From positions 128,001 to 192,000 of the IMG/VR virus record IMGVR_UViG_2597490325_000001: a stretch of 64,000 bases of DNA; one strand, given 5' to 3'. Within the stretch, counting starts at the first letter, position 1. The number at the start of each line of letters is the position of its first letter. Shown here in pieces: positions 17,358-27,647 of the stretch. The stretch comes from a virus (lineage: Duplodnaviria > Caudoviricetes). The notes beneath the pieces are model-generated. The model was not told the DNA's origin, searched no databases, and saw only the letters and a program-made list of their open reading frames with translations. A program made the position numbers and the translations under genes.

Positions 17358-18332
17358 TTAAATTAACTCAGTAGAGCTACGTTCCATGTACTCTTTACGA
17401 GCATTACGCATCTTCAGAGCAAACGTTTCGACGTTAGATTCTACCAGACCAAACATATTAAGAGTTTCGAGAATGGTCATATTCAGAACAGTTTCATTTA
17501 AGAAATCTTCTGGTTCACCAGAATTATGCTCATTCATAATTTTAACAGTAGAGAAAATTTCTCTTGTAATATTGTGAGCATTATTTTCTTTACGAATGCG
17601 TTCTTTAATATTTTTGGCAGCAATTGGATTCAGGCCTTCAGTCATTACATCTTCATTAAATGCAACTGAATTTTGAATACGCTGTACTTCGTTAGCATAG
17701 GATTTAACTACACGATCACGAATTGTCTCAGACATCTTACCAACCAATGACGCAGCAATACCTTCATTCATGTAGATATACTTCTCATCAGCCTTGCCGC
17801 CTCTAGCCGTTACAGTATCAACTACGTTAATAGCTTTAAAGACTTTCTCTACCTGACCTTCACCAGCATAATTAAAATGAGGATCATAGTCAACACGCAT
17901 AGCTGCAACTTTGTTGATTAAATCAGCAGGAGTACTTTTGTTAGCTCCACCAATTTCAACTACACGATAATGAGAAGATTGTTCACGTAGAGTTTCAAAT
18001 GGATTAGATACAACTACACTACGGAAATTATCAACACATTCATTAATAGCTTGTACTACTCTATCAATAGGAGTCTCTTTAATACCATCAATAGGACATG
18101 CGTTTCTAACGATATCTGCTACCGACTCTTTAAGAGCTTGAATATGTTTATTTCTTTTTTCGGCAATCTTAGATTGCTTTTTAGAACGAGAGGATTTAAA
18201 AGGGGAGAAGGAACGTTGAGTTACTTCTTCTTTAAGAATTTTTTCAGATTCTTCTCTTTTAGCAGCTCGCTGTTCAGCAAGAGTGCGAAAAGCACTTGAT
18301 CTCTGCTGTGATTTTTTAACGTGCTTAAGCAT
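17358..18332 (-). CDS. Putative prohead core / scaffold-like protein
   Basis: 324 aa with many [LFMI]-x-E sites along its length; own late promoter. Confidence 0.45.
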   Translation of the reverse strand: MLKHVKKSQQRSSAFRTLAEQRAAKREESEKILKEEVTQRSFSPFKSSRSKKQSKIAEKRNKHIQALKESVADIVRNACPIDGIKETPIDRVVQAINECVDNFRSVVVSNPFETLREQSSHYRVVEIGGANKSTPADLINKVAAMRVDYDPHFNYAGEGQVEKVFKAINVVDTVTARGGKADEKYIYMNEGIAASLVGKMSETIRDRVVKSYANEVQRIQNSVAFNEDVMTEGLNPIAAKNIKERIRKENNAHNITREIFSTVKIMNEHNSGEPEDFLNETVLNMTILETLNMFGLVESNVETFALKMRNARKEYMERSSTELI

Positions 18333-18368
18333 TTTTTAACATTCCTTAAGGATTCTTACAACAGTTAA

Positions 18369-18381
18369 CTAAAACCTTGTT
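18369..18381 (-). promoter_or_regulatory. Late-type promoter
   Basis: AACA-AGGTTT-TAG. Confidence 0.8.
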
Positions 18382-18386
18382 ATATA

Positions 18387-20978
18387 TTAAATATAAGTGA
18401 TATCAATACCGTAGTCAAAATCTTGAGTAGTATTAATAGATGGTAAGACTTTAGTTACAGTTAAATATTCTGGAACGTAATCGTATGGAAGGTTCTCTGT
18501 CTTAGCACTAGTATATGCAGTTTTTTCAATATTCTGAATATTTGCACCGTTTACTGAGAAGAACTTAATGAACCTAATAGTACTAAAATTAGTTTCCAGA
18601 TGTGTTATCATATTAGATATTGAGAAACGTTTATCTGATTGATTATTGCAAGCTTCTATAAATGATACAACTTCAGCTTTAATCTCTTTATCTATAGCTT
18701 CTGTAGCTGTTGTAGTTAGGGCTATACTCATCTTAATTCTTAAATCAATAGTATCAGAACTGAAATATCTAGATACACCATAACTATTAAAGAATTTAGT
18801 ATCGATTGAGGTATTATTTTCTAACTGAGCAGTAACACTTCGAATTGCAGTAAGGTTATCTACAAAGTCATTCATAATTTCGTTATTCTGGAATTGGTTC
18901 ATGTAGAACAATGCACCGATTACAGGAACTTTAGAGATAGAGATTTTACTAGTACTAGTATCAATAATAGTTTCATGATACATGATATCAGATAAATCAT
19001 CTGCAAATGAAATCTTATCAATGCCATCTACATCACAAATGAATGCATAATTATTTAAATCAGCCATTCTTTCATATACTGTACCAGTTTTAGCTGCATC
19101 AATAGTCGTATCATTGATCAATACTGCTAAACGAATAGTATATGTAGTTTCAATCGGGAAATCTTCATAAGTGGTGAAGTTATCTGGATTGATAATGAAA
19201 TCTTTAATAATGTAATATCCATCACTAGTAAAAGTATCTTCTGTATTAACTTTAGCAGAAAATACAGTAGTTTTATCTTCTCTAGTTAAATCAAAGTATC
19301 CTTTAAGAATAGTACCGTCATAAATCAGAGCACGTACTTTCAAATTAGCGGGATCAGCCGAATCGGTATTAACGTTACATGATACAGTAAAATCATTAAT
19401 ATCAGTTAAAGGATTACGAGCTATGTCAATGGTATTAATGATAGCTTGATAAGGGGAACGAATATTATAAGAATTATATTCCGTTGTAATGCTTTTATCA
19501 TAATTGGTATGATAGACATTTGTCTTAGGAAACTCTTTAAAATCAATATTCATTAAGAATGGAATAGCGTAAATGAAGTTATCATTATTTGATAAGTAAA
19601 CATCTGGATATTCATCATCTGATAGTAATCGGTATTTACTTGTGACTCTATCATAAATTACCAAAGTTCCAGGCTTAATACTATAATTCATATTCTCTAA
19701 TTCAGATAAAGAGAATTCTAAATCTACAGTATTAGTAGGAATAGTTACACCATCACTATTTTTACCTAGTACATACAAAGTAAACTGACGTCTAAAGATG
19801 TCATCCCGTAATTTAACTATCTGGTACTCGGAATTAGATGAAAGATTTTCTCTTTTAAACTTATCAAAATAAGTTTCCAAATCATAAGTAGTAGTATAGT
19901 TATCACGGGTTCTTAACTGTTGAATAAGGGCTAATTTAGTCTCTTGGAAAGACTTAATAGCCTCACCACCAGTAGATTTACCAGTAGTAGCCGATACTTT
20001 AACTGTAATATTATCAAGACGTGTATCTTTTATATTAATACTGCCAGAATAGCTAAAATTACCTTCTTCTGCCTTAGTAGTGTATACGCTAATTTTTACT
20101 TTAGAATTATAATCAGGTCTAAATCCAGCTGATTCAGAACTGAAGTATATACGTAATGTATCATCCCCTACAAAGGTGTAGTAACAATATTGAGATGTAG
20201 TAGGTTGATCGATTTCGTTAAAAATTAATTCTAAATCAGAATATGATGAAGTAGTAGTATTATTGGCATTGTAAGAAGCTTGGAAAGAAGCTATATTGGA
20301 GCCGTAATTTACTTCAATTATACCTGCATCAAGAATATCATTACTTGAAATAGTAAAGATAAAGTCTTGCTTAGTTAACTGGTAGATTTCTGCTGAAATA
20401 GTAATATAATCAACGCCGCCCTCAGTACTAACAAAACTCTTAAGATATGGGGTTTGAATACTAATAGGCTTATAACTATATGATTCAAAGTCGTAGTAAG
20501 CATTTACTGCAAGCTTACTTGATGTTGAACGATAAAAGTTAATTACTAAATCATATGGTAATAAGAAACTATATCCTGAGACATCAAATTTAATATCTTT
20601 AGATATAGTAAATGTCTTAGTGGCGTTGCCAGAAGAGCTATCTGTAGCAATTTTCTCAATCTCATTGACTGGAAGTTTGATAGCAATTGGCATTTTAGAA
20701 GGAACAGCTAAACTAATATCATAATTTAACGTCTTAGCCCAATTATATAAAGTACCATTTAAGTTTGCATTAATAAGAAAGAATTCATTAAAAAGTACGT
20801 CTCTATGGAACGCACTATCTCTCATTGCATGAGCATTAAGGGCAGTAGTATATCCAAACATACCCGTTTTTAGTAATGAAATGTCATTAATGCTATAGAA
20901 TTTTTGAGCAAGTCTAAGAGACTTCTCCTGAAACAGATATTCTGATTCAGTAATACTAGTTGTAGTGGAAGTTGCCAT
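18387..20978 (-). CDS. Baseplate wedge protein (T4 gp6 / baseplate J-like)
   Basis: 863 aa; LYNWAKTLNY..SLAVPS N-terminal pattern and STGGE...TTTYDLETYF motif typical of gp6/J-like wedge proteins. Confidence 0.7.
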   Translation of the reverse strand: MATSTTTSITESEYLFQEKSLRLAQKFYSINDISLLKTGMFGYTTALNAHAMRDSAFHRDVLFNEFFLINANLNGTLYNWAKTLNYDISLAVPSKMPIAIKLPVNEIEKIATDSSSGNATKTFTISKDIKFDVSGYSFLLPYDLVINFYRSTSSKLAVNAYYDFESYSYKPISIQTPYLKSFVSTEGGVDYITISAEIYQLTKQDFIFTISSNDILDAGIIEVNYGSNIASFQASYNANNTTTSSYSDLELIFNEIDQPTTSQYCYYTFVGDDTLRIYFSSESAGFRPDYNSKVKISVYTTKAEEGNFSYSGSINIKDTRLDNITVKVSATTGKSTGGEAIKSFQETKLALIQQLRTRDNYTTTYDLETYFDKFKRENLSSNSEYQIVKLRDDIFRRQFTLYVLGKNSDGVTIPTNTVDLEFSLSELENMNYSIKPGTLVIYDRVTSKYRLLSDDEYPDVYLSNNDNFIYAIPFLMNIDFKEFPKTNVYHTNYDKSITTEYNSYNIRSPYQAIINTIDIARNPLTDINDFTVSCNVNTDSADPANLKVRALIYDGTILKGYFDLTREDKTTVFSAKVNTEDTFTSDGYYIIKDFIINPDNFTTYEDFPIETTYTIRLAVLINDTTIDAAKTGTVYERMADLNNYAFICDVDGIDKISFADDLSDIMYHETIIDTSTSKISISKVPVIGALFYMNQFQNNEIMNDFVDNLTAIRSVTAQLENNTSIDTKFFNSYGVSRYFSSDTIDLRIKMSIALTTTATEAIDKEIKAEVVSFIEACNNQSDKRFSISNMITHLETNFSTIRFIKFFSVNGANIQNIEKTAYTSAKTENLPYDYVPEYLTVTKVLPSINTTQDFDYGIDITYI

Positions 20979-20979
20979 G

Positions 20980-21990
20980 TTAGCTCCAGTTATTATTCAC
21001 ACCATTAGGGTATCTAGGATCTTTAGTCTCACCCATTCTGAGTGAATAAATCGGCATACCATTCTCATTAACTTGCTCTTTCTGTATAGACGGGTTAACG
21101 TCACTGGCAGCTAAGTTAACTGAGTTTTCATAGAAGTATTTACCAGTAAAGTCCATTATCTGTGATTTACTATCACTGCTTCCTAATAGATTAAAATCAT
21201 TAAGAATAGCAATATTCATTTCCTCCTTATAGGAGAATTTAAATGAACATTGTACACTATCTATAATTGAGCCTTGTCCATCCTGAGATTGGAAAACGTC
21301 ATATGGAATATTTCCTGGATAAATACCAGTATATTTAGCCCAATATATTAAAGTCTTACCATCTGGTCTGGTTACAAAATGATACATTGAAGACATATAG
21401 TCAAAGTATGAAGTCTGAGAAGAACCCATATTGGACGAAGCAGCTACAGCTGACATTATATCACCTAAGAATGCACCTTCAATATATTCACTCCATAACT
21501 TCATGCTTTTAAGAACAGTAATATTCTGATCTTCTAAGAATGCCATTTCAAACTCACCGCCAATACGTGAGTCTTTTGCAGTAGTACCCATTAGAATTTT
21601 ATATTTATTCCATGTTTCTGCATAGTCTTGGCTATCTAATACTACTGGAGAAGCAGGAAAAGATGTAGCTCGGTTAGTTAATAGTGGCATAAATATACCA
21701 CTCCTACCCGCTAACATATTCACAATATTCGTTGAATAAATACTATCGCCATATCCAGGAAGTTTTAAGAAATTTGAATTATTCTTCAATAATACTTCCG
21801 TGTTTATCCCTGCCCCAACTCCACTAAAATTACCAGAAGTTAAAGATAGATCAGGCGATGTAAAGAAAACGTAATTGTATAAATTAGTTGCAGGGTCATA
21901 AGTAGGACGTCTGTCAAGAAAGAATTCTCCAAACTCTCTATCAGTTCTTTCGACAGCAACATCTATTGATTTTACTTCTTCGTAACTCAT
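20980..21990 (-). CDS. Tail tube-fold baseplate protein (tube initiator-like)
   Basis: 336 aa; FEMAFLED...KLWSEYI...YWAKYTGIYPGNIP...CSFKFS resembles the tube-protein fold signature. Confidence 0.55.
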   Translation of the reverse strand: MSYEEVKSIDVAVERTDREFGEFFLDRRPTYDPATNLYNYVFFTSPDLSLTSGNFSGVGAGINTEVLLKNNSNFLKLPGYGDSIYSTNIVNMLAGRSGIFMPLLTNRATSFPASPVVLDSQDYAETWNKYKILMGTTAKDSRIGGEFEMAFLEDQNITVLKSMKLWSEYIEGAFLGDIMSAVAASSNMGSSQTSYFDYMSSMYHFVTRPDGKTLIYWAKYTGIYPGNIPYDVFQSQDGQGSIIDSVQCSFKFSYKEEMNIAILNDFNLLGSSDSKSQIMDFTGKYFYENSVNLAASDVNPSIQKEQVNENGMPIYSLRMGETKDPRYPNGVNNNWS

Positions 21991-22011
21991 GATATTTACC
22001 CTAATTAGAAT

Positions 22012-22024
22012 CTAAACTTTTGTT
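22012..22024 (-). promoter_or_regulatory. Late-type promoter (divergent pair, leftward)
   Basis: AACA-AAAGTT-TAG. Confidence 0.8.
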
Positions 22025-22083
22025 CCATATAAGTAAATATTAATAAATTTCAATTAATATTAAAAGAATAAATCTAATTATAG

Positions 22084-22096
22084 AACAAGTGTTTAG
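22084..22096 (+). promoter_or_regulatory. Late-type promoter (divergent pair, rightward)
   Basis: AACA-AGTGTT-TAG. Confidence 0.8.
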
Positions 22097-22144
22097 TTCT
22101 ATAGAAACTAATAAGCTTATTTGTTTATATGAAGGAATCTCTAT

Positions 22145-23269
22145 ATGTTTGAAGATAATCAAACTTCAAATCTTTTAAATGAGGAATCTGTTGTCGAAGC
22201 TATTTTAGGTACCATTTCTAAAGTAGGTAATTTTGCAATTGACAAATTCTCCTCCTCCAAAGGCTTTGATGACCTTAATAAAAAAGCTAAAGAGAATAGT
22301 CTTACTCTTTATGCTCTTGTCAGCTCCAATGTACCAGCCGACTATTACAAATTAATCTCTGGTGGTCTGGAAGCGAAGATTGCTACTCTTATTGAAGTTA
22401 TTGCTAAGAATGAGATTTCTAAAGATGTGGCATCTGCTAAGGAATTCATCCAGAAATCCCTTACCAATACTACTATGGATTCACTTATTAATTTAGGTAA
22501 AACTCAGGCTAATAAAGCTTTAGGATTATCTGAAGATGTGAAAACTCCACGTAGAAAAGTAAGCGCTGATATGAATTCTCCTATCGTTAATCGTAAGATT
22601 GATGTCAAGACTTCAGAATTAGCTGGTAGAGATAAACCATTTATTTCTCCAGGAAGACTCTTTACCTTTGATATTCGTGCAACTAATGCCCGTGGTGATG
22701 TAGTGAGTCTTACTTATAGCATCTTTGTGAAAGTTAACTTGATCGTTATTGATAGCGATATGTTACTGGTAGCAATGTCTGATGCTAAAGAAAGTTCCAC
22801 TCTCTACCAATATATCAAACACCGTGCATCTGGTGGTGGTTTCGGTAGCTTCTTTAAAGATGTTATCCTTAATCTGAAAACTCTAGACCGTAAAGTAGCT
22901 AGAGCTACTTCTAATAGTCTGGAAGATCGTATTTTAAATGACCTTATTCGTAATAAAGGTTTAGTTGCACCTAATACTACTATGGTCAGCGATTACCTCC
23001 CTGAATTGAAGAAGTTCATGGTTGTAATTGATAAATCTGATGCAGATAGATTGGGTTCAGAGTTTAATTCTACTCTGACTAGTGGCTCTAATCTTAAAGC
23101 TTTCTTTGGTAACATGAACATGCTTTCTCTGTGTGTTATTGATACCGCTAGAGATAAAGCAACCATGTTTGACTCAGACAAACCTACTGAAATGATGGTA
23201 GTTTCTTTACGTGATGTATCACAAGATAAGAAAATTGCTGAAGTCTTCTCCAAAATCTATTCTCGCTAA
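22145..23269 (+). CDS. Putative virion (head) protein
   Basis: 374 aa; late promoter; MFED/LLNEE propeptide-like N-terminus. Confidence 0.55.
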   Translation: MFEDNQTSNLLNEESVVEAILGTISKVGNFAIDKFSSSKGFDDLNKKAKENSLTLYALVSSNVPADYYKLISGGLEAKIATLIEVIAKNEISKDVASAKEFIQKSLTNTTMDSLINLGKTQANKALGLSEDVKTPRRKVSADMNSPIVNRKIDVKTSELAGRDKPFISPGRLFTFDIRATNARGDVVSLTYSIFVKVNLIVIDSDMLLVAMSDAKESSTLYQYIKHRASGGGFGSFFKDVILNLKTLDRKVARATSNSLEDRILNDLIRNKGLVAPNTTMVSDYLPELKKFMVVIDKSDADRLGSEFNSTLTSGSNLKAFFGNMNMLSLCVIDTARDKATMFDSDKPTEMMVVSLRDVSQDKKIAEVFSKIYSR

Positions 23270-23283
23270 GGTAGGATATAGAA

Positions 23284-24375
23284 ATGTCAAATGTATCAAA
23301 CTTTATCAATGAAAAGACTAAAGCTTTCTACCAGAATGATTTGCTTAGTGAACAGGCTTATAATCGTCTGAATACTACAGATAAGAATTCGGCTAAACTT
23401 CAAGCAGTATTGACGGAATATGTCAATATGAAAGAAGTTTTCAAAGATTTCTTTGGCGGTAAAGTAGATTCTTCTGAAAAAGAATTAAAAGCTTTGTCTA
23501 ATGCAAAAGCTCCTCTTTTCCAACAGATTTCTAAGTCTGCTGGCGATATTCGTAAAGTTCAAGATGCTGCTAATGTACGTGAATTGCTGAGATTTGCTAT
23601 CTCTACTAATAATTCATATACTGGTAGTGCATCTAAGAGTGATTTGTATAGCTTCATTAATGTGGCTAACAATATCACTGATCTTTTTGATAAGATGGCT
23701 GCTTCTGCCAATGATTTTAAGAAAGCCATGATTCGTGAAGCATCTGTTGCTTCGGATAAGCGTTTTGTAACTAATCTATACATGTCTCTGGCATATTTGA
23801 TTACTGTTACTGGTTCTGTGGTCTATTCATCTTCTTTGGAAGCTGATTTTGACTATACTAGTGCTAAGCCTATCGTTAAGAATCTGTATTTTTCCTATAA
23901 ATCTGACGCGGTTCCAGAACAAGTCAAGTATATTGGCTTTGCTGCTGATCAATTCCGTAAAGGCTCTCAGAAGAAAATTCTTCAGGGTATGCTCAATGAG
24001 GAATTTGAATTTGCTGAAGAACGTATTGCATTAAATGAAAACATTTTTGATGTTATTGTTGGTCTGGTAGCTAAATCAGATCTCCTGTCAGACCTGTTCT
24101 TAATGCCTGTATATCTTCTGCGTTGGGTAGTATTCTCAATCAAATATCTGGTAGGTAGCATTAAATCTGTCTCCGATAATATTGCTGAGTCTATTGCTCT
24201 TCAGAAACAGCAGCTAGTAACCAAAGATCAATTTGACGACTATAAGCAGCGTTCTAACAAACTGGCATTCAGTATGAACCAGACTGCTATGAAAGCTGAT
24301 TCAGCCGTTGAATTAGAAGCCAGTAAAGACAAGAAGACTTTAAATAATCTTCGGTCTCAAGGTTTAGTACTTTAA
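23284..24375 (+). CDS. Putative virion (head/ejected) protein with hydrophobic helices
   Basis: 363 aa; FINE, LLSE, VLTE, MLNE, ALNE sites; hydrophobic LFLMPVYLLRWVVFSIKYLV segment. Confidence 0.55.
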   Translation: MSNVSNFINEKTKAFYQNDLLSEQAYNRLNTTDKNSAKLQAVLTEYVNMKEVFKDFFGGKVDSSEKELKALSNAKAPLFQQISKSAGDIRKVQDAANVRELLRFAISTNNSYTGSASKSDLYSFINVANNITDLFDKMAASANDFKKAMIREASVASDKRFVTNLYMSLAYLITVTGSVVYSSSLEADFDYTSAKPIVKNLYFSYKSDAVPEQVKYIGFAADQFRKGSQKKILQGMLNEEFEFAEERIALNENIFDVIVGLVAKSDLLSDLFLMPVYLLRWVVFSIKYLVGSIKSVSDNIAESIALQKQQLVTKDQFDDYKQRSNKLAFSMNQTAMKADSAVELEASKDKKTLNNLRSQGLVL

Positions 24376-24376
24376 T

Positions 24377-24413
24377 ATACTCCCATATCCTCTATCAAGG
24401 GGATATGGGGTAT
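24377..24413 (+). terminator. Family hairpin terminator
   Basis: ATACTCCCATATCCTCT-atca-AGGGGATATGGGGTAT. Confidence 0.75.
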
Positions 24414-24430
24414 TTACTCTTTTTTCGTTA

Positions 24431-24446
24431 ATATATTATTAAAGTG
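24431..24446 (+). promoter_or_regulatory. Early-type promoter
   Basis: ATATATTAT-TAAAG-TG. Confidence 0.8.
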
Positions 24447-24505
24447 AAAGTAAAATTAGTATTAAAATATAATATTTTACCATAAACTCATCAAGGCTAA
24501 AAACT

Positions 24506-25150
24506 ATGAATATCAAATTTTCAGAAAGTACTATCAATTACTTTGGTCAGGATAAACTTGATTCTGCATTAAAAGATATCAAAAAGAAATTCGGAGATAT
24601 TGATTGCTTTATTCCAATCAGTGTCTCTATAAGTGAGTGCCTCTACGTCAATGGTAGCCCAGTATTAAACAATGCAGGGCATACTTCATTAGTACGTGGT
24701 TTGTTTGACAGCCTTACTGTTAAAGTACAGCTTAATGAAATCTATCTTTGTGATAGCAAATTGTCTTATGAAACACTGTTACATGAAATGTTTCATGCAG
24801 TTGAAATGAGTGCTCTTCTTCTTCAGATGTGGTATGATGAAGAAGCTAAAGAGATCTTAGTTAAAGATCTCGTATCCAATACTACAACTGTTATTGACAA
24901 AAAATACCGTAAATCTGTTAAGTACCATGATTCATTGACATTTGAATCAAGAGCTATTAGTTTTGCAAAAGAACATGCCCCTCAACGTTCCTTTATGGAA
25001 AAAATTAAAGGTTCTTATGAAGTCCTTAAAGCTGTCTTTAAAAAATCAGCTGTTGGGTTTGGTATTTCATTCAGCTTAGAAAGTGAAGTTGCATTTACGT
25101 CAGAAGACAATGTAATGGCTGTAGCTTCACTAACTCCGTTTAAACTATAA
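24506..25150 (+). CDS. HExxH zincin-like protein
   Basis: TLLHEMFHAVE plus downstream FESRA. Confidence 0.65.
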   Translation: MNIKFSESTINYFGQDKLDSALKDIKKKFGDIDCFIPISVSISECLYVNGSPVLNNAGHTSLVRGLFDSLTVKVQLNEIYLCDSKLSYETLLHEMFHAVEMSALLLQMWYDEEAKEILVKDLVSNTTTVIDKKYRKSVKYHDSLTFESRAISFAKEHAPQRSFMEKIKGSYEVLKAVFKKSAVGFGISFSLESEVAFTSEDNVMAVASLTPFKL

Positions 25151-25273
25151 TACCATGTATTCATACCCCTTAATCGGGGTATGAGTATTTGATTATTTTT
25201 GTATGTTCCGATAAAACTCATTACTGTAAAATACAATTATTTAGTAATGAATAAAAATAAGTAGGAAAGAGTA

Positions 25274-25555
25274 ATGTTTTCTATTGATGGTGAGGATTTT
25301 AAAGAATTTGAATTATGGTGTACGGAAAACTTTAAAGATAAGTTTACTATATCCATAGATTTAGATTCATTTAAGCTGTTATCCCATCGATTCTATAATC
25401 TCAATGGAATTTTATCTAACTATAACAAGTATGATATTTTCATTGTTTATCGCTTTTTCTCAATGGTTAAAGAATCAACAATAAGTCTTTATATCTTAAC
25501 TCATATTAAGAATAAGTATAAAGAAACCCTAGAATCTTTCAAGGAGTTTAAATGA
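25274..25555 (+). CDS. Hypothetical protein
   Basis: 93 aa; AGGA RBS; ATGA overlap with the next gene. Confidence 0.65.
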   Translation: MFSIDGEDFKEFELWCTENFKDKFTISIDLDSFKLLSHRFYNLNGILSNYNKYDIFIVYRFFSMVKESTISLYILTHIKNKYKETLESFKEFK

Positions 25556-26241
25556 GTAAGTCATCATATCGTCTGGAAATTTATAGTGATGGTGGAGCTA
25601 ATCAGAAACACGCTAAATATCCAGATATTGGTGGTACAGGTACTGCTCTCAGACTGGTGAATAACTATACTAAAGAGTACACTAACCTGATAGCGATGCA
25701 GTTCACTACTCATCCTACCACTAACAATCAAATGGAGCTATTTGCTGCCATTATGGGGCTACAGATCGCTAATGAATTACTCGATACTGAAGAGTATGAA
25801 ATTACCGATATCTTCTGGGCTACTGATAGTCAATATACTTTAAAAGGTATTACGGACTGGATTAAAAACTGGAAGAAGAATAAATGGCGTACTTCTGATA
25901 GAAAACCTGTTAAAAATAAACCTTTATGGGTTTATTTTGATAAACTTTATACAGGTATTACTACTGAACAGCGTCAGAAAATTGTTCATAAATGGGTTAA
26001 AGGTCATAATGGTCATGAAATGAATGAATTTTGTGATAAATTGGCCAACTTAGCCTATATTAATGAACGTTGGGAAGGTAAAGCAGATCTTAAGTCAGTA
26101 CAAAGGATTGCAGAACGTTTTAATTTTACGAATCCAGTATTAGGATTCATGACGCTAAATTTAAGGGATTTCCCTACAGCGTTTAATACTGCAGAATCTA
26201 TGGAAGATTTTGTACAATCATTAGTTGAACAAGTAGCTTAA
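25552..26241 (+). CDS. rnhA: Ribonuclease HI
   Basis: IYSDGG, TTNNQMELFAA, TDSQY, WKKNKW, VKNKPLW, WVKGHNGHEMNEFCDKLA. Confidence 0.95.
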   Translation: MSKSSYRLEIYSDGGANQKHAKYPDIGGTGTALRLVNNYTKEYTNLIAMQFTTHPTTNNQMELFAAIMGLQIANELLDTEEYEITDIFWATDSQYTLKGITDWIKNWKKNKWRTSDRKPVKNKPLWVYFDKLYTGITTEQRQKIVHKWVKGHNGHEMNEFCDKLANLAYINERWEGKADLKSVQRIAERFNFTNPVLGFMTLNLRDFPTAFNTAESMEDFVQSLVEQVA

Positions 26242-26247
26242 ATAACA

Positions 26248-26277
26248 TCCTATATCCTTCTTTTGAGGGATATAGGG
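26248..26277 (+). terminator. Family hairpin terminator
   Basis: TCCTATATCCTTC-tttt-GAGGGATATAGGG; near-identical to 3858-3885. Confidence 0.75.
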
Positions 26278-26314
26278 TTTATACTACTTATATTAATTTT
26301 AAGAGGTAATTAGT

Positions 26315-26635
26315 ATGGCATCTTTTGTAACTCAACCTTTCCATATTGCAACTCCCGGTAATGAGATTGCTGAGGAAATTCGTGATAACCTTGATGAAAA
26401 CTTCCGTGGTACTCCCTCCTTCCAAACAGATGCTGATTTATCTGGTCTGAATAAACAGGAAATTGAAACCATTGAGCAATGTCTCACTGAGCAATTACAA
26501 ACTGAAATTGATAATCATTTCGGTAAGGGTGTGCGTAATCATGAAATGGTTATCCACATTTATCCTGAAAGTAATACTGTTGAGGTAGAGGTTAATGATT
26601 TCTCTACCCCCTTTGATAACTACGACGAGTTTTAA
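26315..26635 (+). CDS. Small acidic hypothetical protein
   Basis: 106 aa, D/E-rich, GAGG RBS, biased codons, flanked by family hairpins. Confidence 0.75.
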   Translation: MASFVTQPFHIATPGNEIAEEIRDNLDENFRGTPSFQTDADLSGLNKQEIETIEQCLTEQLQTEIDNHFGKGVRNHEMVIHIYPESNTVEVEVNDFSTPFDNYDEF

Positions 26636-26647
26636 TTTTTAAATAAC

Positions 26648-26675
26648 CCCATATCCTTCTAAAGAGGGATATGGG
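26648..26675 (+). terminator. Family hairpin terminator
   Basis: CCCATATCCTTC-taaa-GAGGGATATGGG. Confidence 0.75.
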
Positions 26676-26695
26676 TTTCTAATAAGGAAAATAAA

Positions 26696-27067
26696 GTGAT
26701 TGACAATATTAAATTTTTAGCAATGAATGACACTGCTGGTTTTATTTTGATTCAATTTCTAACAGCAATATTTGCGGCTTATATCGTCTTTCAGGGCAAT
26801 ACAATACTTAAAAGTAAAGGTAAAAAAATTGACCCTAAAACACTATTTGTGATAGCAGCTTTAATTCAAATACTTTCTACATATTTTTTCGGAGCTTATA
26901 TTGGTGGGCAATCTAAAGTAATGCTAGATGATAAAAAGATCATTTGCAGTTCTATAAAAGATTCCACATTTGACCCCTCTAGTAGAAACTGTTACATACC
27001 AGTTATTGTAGACGGTAAATCTGTTAAAGCTCGCATTGAAAATTATTATCTCATGGAGAGTAAATAA
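26696..27067 (+). CDS. Two-TM membrane protein with C-x14-C domain (paralog 1)
   Basis: Two hydrophobic helices, then ICSSIKDSTFDPSSRNCYIPV. Confidence 0.75.
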   Translation: MIDNIKFLAMNDTAGFILIQFLTAIFAAYIVFQGNTILKSKGKKIDPKTLFVIAALIQILSTYFFGAYIGGQSKVMLDDKKIICSSIKDSTFDPSSRNCYIPVIVDGKSVKARIENYYLMESK

Positions 27068-27447
27068 TGTTTATTAATACTACATATCTTTTGTCACATG
27101 CACCTGGAATTTCATTCTTATGTGTAGTACTAGCTATTTTAGTACTAGGTGTAGTAGGTATTTTAATGTCCTTAATTAAGGTCAAACATCCCGTACTAGT
27201 AGTGGTAGTATTAATTTTAGTATTTGCTGGTACGTTTATCAGTTCTACTTCTTTATTTGGTAAGTTAGAGCGTATAAAAGATGATCTTCATAAAAAGATC
27301 TGTTTAGACGTTTATACTTTGTCAAATTATGATGAACCTACCAGAACTTGCTATATCAGAGCCATTTCTAAATCTGGTAAACCAATTGAAATCCCTATTA
27401 AAGAACCTTCATTCAAGGTTATTGATACAAACAAATTCATAAAATAA
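27067..27447 (+). CDS. Two-TM membrane protein with C-x15-C domain (paralog 2)
   Basis: Two hydrophobic helices, then ICLDVYTLSNYDEPTRTCYIRA. Confidence 0.75.
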   Translation: MFINTTYLLSHAPGISFLCVVLAILVLGVVGILMSLIKVKHPVLVVVVLILVFAGTFISSTSLFGKLERIKDDLHKKICLDVYTLSNYDEPTRTCYIRAISKSGKPIEIPIKEPSFKVIDTNKFIK

Positions 27448-27647
27448 AGATAAATACTCATGCTAAAAGACATACTGAGAACTTTATTCAAATCCTTAGT
27501 ATGTCTTCTTATTTTAATAACCTATTGTATAGCCGTATATATGTGGTAAGTTTATGTCTAAAGCTAATTTAGTTCTATTTACGCTATTTATAATACTTTT
27601 TTGTCTGTATTCAGTTTACTCATACACACCATTAAGAGAACTATAAA

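Noticed and set aside
27460-27549. 29-aa hydrophobic ORF as a confident gene
   Set aside because: No clear RBS, and it coincides with a terminator-like hairpin (AAGACATACTGAG/CTTAGTATGTCTT)
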